A stretch of DNA of 64,000 nt from Paragordius varius (Eukaryota > Animalia > Nematomorpha). The stretch spans positions 4,402,001 to 4,466,000 of the forward strand of contig OZ176054.1 in NCBI GenBank assembly GCA_964247055.1, given 5' to 3'. The position numbers and the translations under genes were made by a program. The notes below the pieces were generated by a model. It searched no databases and was not told the DNA's origin. It was given only the letters and a program-made list of their open reading frames with translations. Shown in pieces: positions 54,561 to 64,000 of the stretch; position 1 is the stretch's first letter, and each line of letters opens with the position of its first letter.

Positions 54561-54899
54561 TTTTACTAGAATACTTACTTTAAGCAAAATTTAAAATTAG
54601 AAATATTTTGTTGATAAATTCGTCACTGACAACTCCACCACATATTCCCATCTGTTCATGTAAAAATGAAGTAATCTGACATACCATTTACAATTCAAAT
54701 TTACCATTAAACAATCAATATATATTTTTTGTAATTTTTCTGATGTATCAACTATTAGATAATAATGCATTAAACTTAAAAGGAGAATTGTGGTCAAACT
54801 ATTTTGTAGGTCTTCGTATTCTGCACTAACATTGTTTCGATTATCTAAATATTCTCCTAATTAATGGTAAATATTCTCTTACTGGATATAGGTAGGTAA

Positions 54900-55670
54900 T
54901 TTCTTAGGTCGAGTTAGACGCCTGGGAAAAAATAAAATGACAGTTTCCTCATTTACCAGATTCCTTCCAGTGTCCAGTCATCTTAACATCGGTCTTCCTT
55001 TTTCCATTTCCATTCAACTTCCCAAAAAAATAAATTCTTAGGGACGTATTTCTTAAATGTGCCCTATGTACGCAAACTTTCTTTTTGTTATAGCTCCCAT
55101 TAAGATTTTCTCAATATTGAATATATCTCGTATTGTTTCATTCTTAACCTCGTCATATTACCTTATATTCAACATTCTCCTTCAATATCACATTTCGAAT
55201 GCTGCAATTCTTTTATCATTCATTTTGTCCAACTTTCTAGCATCATTTGCTGCCGGAAAAATCAAGCATTTCATTGCTATCACTTTAGTTTTCATAGTGA
55301 TATTATTATTTATCCATAATTTAGTCCACTTGGCAGCTGACTTTGATAATGCTATGCGGAGTTAACCATCAATTAATGAATATATACAAACATTTCACCA
55401 TGTTCCCGTTTCCGAAGGCTTTGCGAAAATCCAAGAAGAATAATAAGTGCCTTCTTTAAACATCATATTTTGAATTTATATTATTTAGAGCATCAGAACA
55501 TCATATAAATGTCAATATAAAATAAAAAATTTATTTAGCGTATAAGTGTTATTGTTATAACTGATGACAGAAGAGTTTAAAGATGCTGTCAACTATGATG
55601 CAAGCTGACGAACAAATTACATCGCATATCATATTCGAGATGAAATAGTACTCACCTGAAGATTTCTTGT
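54900..55670 (-). mobile_element. RTE LINE remnant, internally deleted
   Basis: LDFRKAF, TMKTKVIAMKCLIFP, RIAAFEM, KFAYIGHI, GRP..RWLD with stops. Confidence 0.75.
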
Positions 55671-55674
55671 CCCA

Positions 55675-55833
55675 AGGGCCGTGCATTATATAATACCGAC
55701 AAATATTGCAAAAATGTTTTATACATTTGCACTTATTAAAATTCTAAATAAGTGCATCAAAAAATTAAATGGATAATTAATGGCCATAAAAAGCCATTTA
55801 TATGGCCTGTGGGCCGCAGTTTGAATACGACTG
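55675..55833. mobile_element. Right end of a MITE related to the 51729 hAT
   Basis: GGGCCGCAGTTTGAATACGACTG is the reverse complement of the CAGT..TATTCAAAC.GCGGCCC terminus. Confidence 0.7.
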
Positions 55834-56030
55834 TTTAAATGTATATTTAAATAAGTAGAATAGTAAACTTAACAAGTTGTATGCCTATATTTATTAAAAA
55901 TAAATTTTAATCATATATAGTGTGCTGAATTAATTATAATATGAGTGCCAGATTAGATAAAGTAATCAGTACAATTTTTTGTATGAGTTTTTGTAAACCG
56001 ATGAAAAAATAACCCAGGATATATATATAT

Positions 56031-56497
56031 AGTGTGCCGAATTTGGGGGTATTTCTACATTTTGTCAGACTCGTAAGCGCCATGTAGGATAAATAAATGC
56101 AAAATAAAACAGGCTTGAACTTTTTAGCTAATATAAGATGTGATTGAATTTTTATCTATGTCTGTATTAATATATAATTAAAATCACTAAAGAAGTTTTA
56201 AAATTGAAATTTTTATATCAATGGTTTTTTAGTTAAATTTCAGCATGTTAACATCTAGCAAAACCACAAAAACGGTTCAAACGATTTAAATTATTTTGGT
56301 ATTTGAAAAAACAAAGATATGTTAAAAATTTTGAGCGTTTTGCATTTTAGCTAAGTTATAGCCCACAGCTGTTTTTGTTTTTTTGCGTTAATTTCTCTTA
56401 TATGGTGATTGATCCCCATTTTTTCGGATTCTGTAAGCCCTTATTAAATCTTGTGAGTATTATAAAACGGACACGAGATATCCCTAAATTGGATACA
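56031..56497. mobile_element. Probable TA-flanked MITE
   Basis: GTGTGCCGAATTTGGGGGTATTTC versus GAGATATCCCTAAATTGGATACAT (imperfect inverted repeats). Confidence 0.4.
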
Positions 56498-56590
56498 TTA
56501 TGATAAATTTGGCATTAATGCGCCGTTTTAAAAACGTATACACATTGAATATAAATATATTGCCATTTATAAACCAAATATTTATTATCC

Positions 56591-57338
56591 TCAAGCTTCA
56601 ACTATTTCATAAAGAAGATGTAAAGCATTTCCTACCGCTAAATTTTTATTTTGTATGTCCCCAAGGGTATCGGAATTCTGTAATTTAATAAATTGTCCAT
56701 TTTTCTCCAAATATATATTATATTCACATTTGTCTGTGTTACTTAATAAATCTCTCATATTTAGATATTTTTTTAAATGTTCAACTATAAATTAATATAA
56801 TTAATACTGGATGCGTTCGAGGTAGTTTTCAAATATTTTGTTGAATCCTTAGACGATTGTTGATTATACGGCTTAAAAATAATTTCAATAGGTTTAACTA
56901 AATTATATATGAAATATAACTTTCTTCAAAAGCGGAACAATTTTTTATCGTATCCATACTTATTTTTTTCCATTTTTGGTGAATCCGTTGCTCATATTCT
57001 TCCCTATATGGATAAATTTTTTTAATTAGTGTATCAAAGGTAGGATCTGGTCGTAACGAACGTTTTGAAATTAATTTTTTACGGCATGTTGGGCATTCTT
57101 TGTTTCCGCTCCTCAATGCTGTGATTATACATTCATGACAAAAGCGATGTAAACATTCTTTCGTTGTCATAGTTTGTTTCAACATATCGAGACAAATAGG
57201 ACATATTAACTCATTATGCAAACTTTGCATAGATATGGCAATTTTGGTGTCATCCTCTATCAACTTCTGTGGTTCACGATTTAATTCGTATAAATTCAAC
57301 TCCCAAACCTTATTTGAAAATATTGTATCAGCAGACAT
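56591..57338 (-). CDS. RNF2: Polycomb PRC1 E3 ligase RING1/RNF2 (Sce), 233 aa
   Basis: Exons 57338-56921, 56897-56808, 56784-56591 (702 nt). [10 protein letters not shown]3HC4 [58 protein letters not shown] domain IEIIFKP...[17 protein letters not shown]. Confidence 0.95.
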
Positions 57339-57350
57339 GCAATAATTGTA
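57339..57350. promoter_or_regulatory. 12-bp spacer between the divergent RING1 and VPS16 start codons
   Basis: Sequence GCAATAATTGTA contains the dyad CAAT-A-ATTG; both starts are fixed by conserved N-termini. Confidence 0.6.
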
Positions 57351-59119
57351 ATGGATACAGCTGACTGGATCCCAAGTGGAACTAATAAATACTACAGGTA
57401 AAAGGGGTTATGTAGAAAATAGGAAATTCGAATTAGGATTAATGAAATGGAAGGACATTCCAAGTTTTTCTCATTATTACATTGCGTGCTCATTATATGG
57501 CGGTCCTCTTGCATTTCTTTTGAAAGACAATGGTGAAAAACAAAAGTGCATGATTATGATTTTATCCGCATTCGGTAGCAAATTGGGCATGATCAAGTTT
57601 TAACTTTATAAAATTTAGTATTTTAGATACTCGTATAGTTCTTATAAGTTGGACTATAGCTTATCCTGATAATTTATTGCTTCTTCAAGATGATGGGACT
57701 ATTTTAATTTATAACCAATTTGGAAATTTTATTAAAAATGATAAGCTAAGCATTCAAGAAAATTGGACCATATTGGATTCACACATATTTTTAAGAGAAG
57801 AAAAGGAGAAAAATACTGGCTTAGCCGTGCTTTCTAGGCTCTTACATCAAAACGTACCACAATATAAACTATTTTACATTGAAAATGTTATGAATAAAAA
57901 TTGTAAAATTGCGGAATTTAAAACAAATTTTGAGTCTTTTAAATGTGTCAATACACATTTTAATACCCAACACATTCAATCTTTTCAGGCATATCGCCCT
58001 TTATGGCATTTGATATATCAATATAATAGAATATATTTGATATCCATCAATTTGAAAAATAATAAATTTTTCATTACCGATAAAAATAATTATGAACTAA
58101 CACTCAACCTTGATTTAAAAGGTAATCAAATACAATTTTCCATTCACTCTAATAACCGACACATTGCCATATATGACAAATATTCCATCCATATTGTAAA
58201 TATTTTATGGGATGCTGATATTTCTAACCTAAATTGCCGCTTACTTTACAGTTTTTGTATTGAATCCGATCCTTTCATTAAAATAAGTTTTGTGTTATTT
58301 GTTCAATTTTTTTATTATAGAAAATGAATATGGAAACGTTTATTGGTGTGGGTCAGATACATTGCTATGCATAGGGAGTGTTAATTATGTTTTGTACTCT
58401 CTTGATGAAGGGTCCACGCAAGTCAATAAACTCTTTTTCACTCTAAACAACACTGAAGATGCAGGCAGCAAAGAAAATGACATCATTGTCATACCAGAAA
58501 TCGATGGTTGTAGATTAATTACAAAATGTACGACATTGTTTGTGCAAAAAGTTCCAACTCTCACAACCAATATATTTAAGATTAGTAGTACATCGTACAC
58601 TTCGTTCCTTTACAACAATTTTTGTGGCGAATCTTCCTCCAAATTTATGACACAAATGTTTAACTTGCACCGATTTCGCACCGAAGATCGAAAAAACTTA
58701 AAACACGCCATTATGGAATGTATTAATGGAGCGTTTGAAGAATACTGTGTATTAAGACAGAAAAAGCTCCTTACAGCAGCATCTTGTGGTCTTAAGTTAT
58801 TGGCATTTACGGAAAAAAGCACAAAAAACATGGTTGGATATTTTTATCGCGCCCTAGGAATTCTAAAATTATTGAATAATCTTAGGTGTTTTGCCGACAT
58901 ACCGCTAACTTACACACAATTTATCATGCTATGTTACTCTGATACAGAAACCAATATATATTCTCTAAAAGACATAGATTCTAGCATCAAAATTGTCATT
59001 AATAAATTAACCGATAAAAAATTTTATGCACTTGCTTTGGAGATTACCAAAAATCTACTGAATGATTCACGTTCCAAGGATCAAATTTTGTGTAAATGGG
59101 CTTGTTCTATGGTAATTTT

Positions 59120-59164
<45 letters not shown>

Positions 59165-61356
59165 CAATGAATTTTATTTTCAAAAATATTGTGTTAATTC
59201 GCTAATTTGAGGTTTACATCTAATTAAATTTACTGCGACATTAGATAGATAAATGGCTGTTTTTCAAGGAAATCTAGGACCTCCTGTCTTGACTGAATAT
59301 TTTTTCTGGGTATCAATGGATTGAAAAATTTTTTGATTAACCGATCCCCGTCTTTTATGTTTTTAGACTGTAGGTCTTGGGTGATGTTATTGTCTCATGT
59401 TATTGCTAAACGACCAACTCTGTTTTATTTGTTTGGATAATTTATTAAATTTTCATCCAATCATTATTTAATCTTTGTTTATGACCATAGTGGTCGAGTC
59501 TATGGGTCTGGATATATTGAAATCGATAGGGCATTTGTTTGGTTATACTTATGAGAAAATGCTCGTTTGAATGTGCTTATCTTCCTATTCAGCATATTCT
59601 CATATGTTTTATTCATTTGCCATGTCTCCTGCATATGCTGTTGTGGGGCTTAGCACCAATAGTGTATATAGCCCACTTACCTTGATGCAACCATTTCCGT
59701 TCAAGGAAGTTCTTTAGAAGCCATTAAAGATCGCAGGGAAGGTTAAACTAGTATAAACACATATTCGCAATAAATATAGTTATACGAAAAGAAAATATGC
59801 ACGATTAGTGTTAGGCCCACAATTACTTAACCATGTGAATCATGGCAAATGAAACCTAATGCGTATAAACTCATAAATTTTCACTTTTCTGGTTATACGA
59901 TTATCCTAATGCATATTATTATATATAATCGTATGTTTTTAGAGTTAAATATAACGATTTTAACTTTTTATCTTATGTTAATTTCATATTCCATTAATAT
60001 TACCAATTCATTTAGTGTTTAAGCCATTTTTATTTTTTGAAGTAGTTCTAAATCAACTATTTCAATACACAGGAAAATAGTTTCGGTTAAAATCACCGGC
60101 TTTTATGTTAGTTCGTAGATCTCGGGTAAAGTTATTGTACAAGTTTTGCTGGACGATTAACTCTAATTTTTTGTTCGGCATATGAATTATATTTTTTATC
60201 CGTTGAACAAAAAATTCTTCAATAAATCGATCAATAGAATAACCCCGTCACGACGTTTGGTCCAAGATTTCCTTGGCAACAGCCAGCTATCTACCTTTAT
60301 CAAAAATCTATTCTATTAAATTTGTACCTAAGTTAGTCGAAGTCAAAGCATTAATTAAATTTTATCTCTTTTGGTTAAACTTTGCCGCACAAAATTTAAA
60401 CTGAAATGATCCATATTGGTTTATAATTAATGTTAACGATCATTTACTCATATCAATCATATAGAATAAGCTGATCACAACTTATTTTTTACATAGTTTA
60501 TATATTTTATGCATAGGCCCGCTCATCTGTGAAAGATTTAAATTTAACAGAAAGCTCTTCTAAACTACCTGACCAAGTTAAAGCTTCCCAATCTCTTGAT
60601 CATAATATTGAACAACGTAAACTTGGAGAAATTTTAACTATTTGTGATAACGATCATCGCATGAAATTGTACATTCTTATTCAACTCCATAATTTTCGCG
60701 AAGCATTAAATTTGATTTTGCCTAATAAAGATAATAATATACCCATCCCATATAAATTGGTTGACGTTGAATGGACTTATTACATTTTGATTGACGCGCT
60801 CCAAGTTAATCAGGATAGAAAATTTTATAATTACATTGTAAATAACTCTTGCACTTACAACAATCTTAAAAATATTAATCGGTACATACCCATGAGTTTG
60901 TATGGTGGAAGCAATGATACCACTAAAACCTTGTCCAGAAAAGACATTTATATAAAATTTTTCAAAAATTTATCCAATACGGATTCTACCAAATACAACA
61001 AAGTTTTACATGATAAATTTATTTTTAGAGTAACTATGTCCCGAAAGATTCATTGTTTGAAGAAAGAAGACAACTTTCCAAACATTTGGAAAAATTGAAA
61101 TTGGGACCGAAAACTTCTGTGAATACCCTTTTAAAATATTGCATTAAAAATGAATTAAATGTAAATGAAATTAGGACTATGTATCAAATTCCTGCTAAGA
61201 GGTTTGCCTCTATTTTATTATAGATTTATGTATAATCAAATAAAAAGTCTAGCAGAACAGAAAAAATGGAAAGAAATCCAGACACTTCAAAAAACATTTA
61301 AGAATCCCAGTGAGATTGTCACACTTTTGCAAAATGTTTTGAAAAATGAAATGTGA
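57351..61356 (+). CDS. VPS16: Vacuolar protein sorting 16 (HOPS/CORVET subunit), divergent
   Basis: [13 protein letters not shown]|KFEL..M.W...YGGPLA after a 25-nt intron (57398-57422); [37 protein letters not shown]...IPLTY.QF, KWAC; Vps16_C IPAKRFMY.QIKSLAE..KW. The 3' end is approximate. Confidence 0.85.
59125..59165. repeat. (TA)n microsatellite in a VPS16 intron
   Basis: A pure TA run interrupted near its end. Confidence 0.9.
59270..59720 (-). mobile_element. Old LINE remnant in a VPS16 intron
   Basis: [22 protein letters not shown] resembles the LY..lv.P...Yg.E.W...kl..F region. Confidence 0.4.
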
Positions 61357-61439
61357 CTGATTTAAACTATTTTATTATTTATTAAAATCAATAATAAATT
61401 CTTTTCTATACAAAAGTGTTTTTGTTTTATCATTACATA

Positions 61440-62250
61440 CATACTACGTTGTTATTTGAACCGTTGTCTGGACGCCTTAAACATTTATACATGTCATCTT
61501 TTTTTTTCATTTTCATTTGTTTACAACCATTTACTAGGACGGACTACCTTCCTTCTACAATTAATTGTCTTGATATAAAAATATCGCGATCTGTTTTAAA
61601 CTATCCACTTTGTTATTGGCTTAACTGTTCCTGCCCCGCATCTATGATTAGTTTATGTGTATTCACCCATAAAGTATTTTAAAATATGTCATTTTTCAAG
61701 GTAGCCCATATTTGGGAGTTGTACATCATTGTGATCTAGACAACAACCCCTATTTCTTTCCTTTCTTTAGATAATTGTTTCCGAGTTAAAACAGCTGCAT
61801 TATTTAATAACTGTTAATGAACAATTTGAGATCAATATTTCTTCTAAATACTTAGACCTCATTTGTTATACACCAATTTTTTTCAAATTTAATTTGATTA
61901 TATTGCACCACTAATTTATTTAGTTTTTTCTTTAGTTATCTCACCAGCATTCATGCGATTTACATAACAAACTATGCTTTTAAAATGTTTCAAGCGTTCA
62001 GATATGATTATAGATCATTTGCAACCGAATATTCCACCCGCCTTTTTCTCCCTTTACTTTAATGATGTCGACCATGCAGATAATAAATAACAAGACTCGC
62101 CGAACCTTGGTAAACACCTTAGCTTCATAAGGATTTTTTTCTTAATAAATTATTTACACTCTTGTCGAATGGGTCAAGCAGTAAATTTAGTCAACTGTCT
62201 TAGCCACCATATAATGACTGGGATACTGATGATACTGCATTAATTCGGAT
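61440..62250 (-). mobile_element. Old LINE remnant (RT and 3' end)
   Basis: GVYQG (RT motif 4-like) near 62110 and VEGR..R..P.KW near 61545. Confidence 0.45.
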
Positions 62251-62299
62251 TTATTCTACCTTAAAACCGAATATAATATACCATTTGCACTTTAAGAGT

Positions 62300-62383
62300 G
62301 TCCTTGAACAGTTCAAGTTGGTCCTTGAACATTTCAAGTTGGTCCTTAAACACTTCAAGTTGGTCCTTAAAATTTTCAAATTT
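62300..62383. repeat. 21-bp tandem repeat, four units
   Basis: GTCCTT(G/A)AACA(G/T/C)TTCAAGTTG x3 plus one degenerate unit. Confidence 0.95.
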
Positions 62384-62954
62384 TGATTTAACCATAATTT
62401 TTGCATTTATTTTTTTATTTAATTATTTATTAACTTAACTTCTTTATTTATTATATATTTATCCATTTAAAAATAAATTTTTTTATTAAAAAACCACTTT
62501 TTTGTTTCAAAATATTTTTTTTAATTGAACAAAATTATTAACTTTTAAATGTTTCTAATGAAAAATTTCAATTAAAGCGGCAAGAAATTCAAGGGAGTAT
62601 TATTTTTATTATATACTATAAATATATTTAAAAATATGTTTCCTTTTAGTATTTATTAATCTTTTTCTTTGTTTTGTAGAGTTTCTTTTTTTTATTTGTA
62701 TGCTAAGTATGTAATTTAATGAGTAATATAATTCATAAGTCATCAAAAATCATTGTTATACATATCTCTTTTTTTTCTCTACTCCTTGGTGCCTAATTAT
62801 TTTATTTTTACTAGCCTAGCCATAATTTCTTTATATTTTTCTTTTATGATTGCTAGACAGAGTGAAATATTAATATTTATAATTTACCCAAATTAACAAC
62901 ATTTATAAAGATTACTCTTTAATTTTAATTATTCTAGATATTTATTTTTTTTGT

Positions 62955-64000
62955 AAAGAGGGTAAGTGAGAGGGAAAGCAATGGCAAACCACCCTCGTTT
63001 ATTACTGCCAAAAAATAGTTTTACTATATGAACTTAACGAGACTTTTTAAAGTTGGATGCTGGAATGTACGTTCCTTAACAGAAACCAAACAGGTGATAA
63101 TTGAAAAGGAAATGGAAAGATTGAACTTAGATATACTGGGTCTAACGGAAACTAAGCAAAAAGGTAGCGCGAAAGTACAAAACGAAAATTATACATTGTT
63201 AAGATCGGGGAGAGATGACCAGAAATCAGAAGGCGTTGCAGTATTAATAAAAAACAAATTAAATAAAAGTCTCATTAGTTATACACCATATACACCCAGA
63301 TCATGACTATTAGGCTGAATGCCAAGCCACTTAAATTTACATACATAGTAGTCTATGCTCCTACGTCAAACGCTCCCAAAGAAGACATAGAGGACTTTTA
63401 TGCAACGTTGCAAATAGTTTTGGATGAAACGAAGAAAGGAGATATGATTATCATAGGAGGGGATTGGAACACCAAAGTCGGTAGAGGTAGAGTAGATCAA
63501 ATAGTTGGCCCATATGGATTGGGAGAACGAAACGAGGCCGGTGAAGCACTGATCAATTTTTGTCAAGAAAATGAGATGATGATAACCAACACATGGTTTC
63601 CACAACACAATAGGAGGTTATATACATGGACCTCTCCATGTGGTAAATATAAGAACCAAATTGATTACATAATATGTCCTCAAAAATGGAAAAGCTCTAT
63701 AATCGATACCAAAACAAGCAAAAGCAGCGATTGCTCTAGCGATCATGAGCTTCTAATAACCAAAATCAAATTAAAATAATTAAAAATAAGGTTAAACAGA
63801 TATACAGATATGACACTCGGAACATTCCAAATAGTTTTAGAACAGAAACAAAAGATAGTTTAGAAAGATTGGACAATGAATGTAGCTCAGAACAATTATG
63901 GGGAACGATAAAAAATGTTGTTAATGAAGTGGCAAAAGAAAAAGTGCAGAGAGTAAAGAGGAAAGATAACAAATGGATATCAGAAAAGAGTTTAGAGATA
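62955..64000 (+). mobile_element. RTE (BovB-like) LINE 5' part: APE endonuclease, frameshifted; continues out of the window
   Basis: KVGCWNVRSL, DILGLTET, GVAVLI, IVVYAPT, IIGGDWNTKVG, GLGERNEAG, NTWF...RRLYTWTSP, NQIDYI, SDHELL. Frameshifts near 63300 and 63780. 5' motif GCAATGGCAAACCAC at 62978-62992. Confidence 0.93.

Noticed and set aside
29341-57338. DCAF7 and RING1 are both subunits of vertebrate PRC1.3/1.5; DRG1 and GCN2 are both linked to Gcn1 in yeast
   Set aside because: They are 18-26 kb apart with unrelated genes between, so chance co-occurrence is sufficient.

Overview
AT-rich eukaryotic (animal-like, fast-evolving) genomic DNA in the standard genetic code. I found no rRNA, tRNA or CRISPR features. 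Ten conserved spliced or intronless genes can be rebuilt by hand: the 3' part of mitochondrial aconitase (+), CDP-diacylglycerol synthase (-), an ABCG2-like half transporter (+), a GCN2-like eIF2alpha kinase (-), PTPA (+), DCAF7/WDR68 (-), symplekin (+), DRG1 (-), RING1/RNF2 (-) and VPS16 (+). Most introns are only 21-30 nt. The few long introns and the intergenic blocks are packed with transposons: TTAA-flanked piggyBac-type MITEs, hAT elements (Buster/Charlie and Blackjack types), a Tc1/IS630-like transposase, a long-TIR foldback element and RTE LINEs. Three points stand out. (1) Gene packing with almost no UTRs: RING1 and VPS16 start codons are 12 bp apart, GCN2 and PTPA start codons are 8-38 bp apart, the symplekin and DRG1 stop codons overlap, and AATAAA sits next to most stop codons. 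(2) The GCN2 has no pseudokinase domain and a degenerate HisRS motif 2. (3) The mini-introns have weak donors. This pattern suggests a reduced parasitic animal (myxozoan, orthonectid or dicyemid), which is inference only. All family assignments come from recalled protein and TE motifs, not database searches, and TE boundaries are approximate unless a TSD is quoted.
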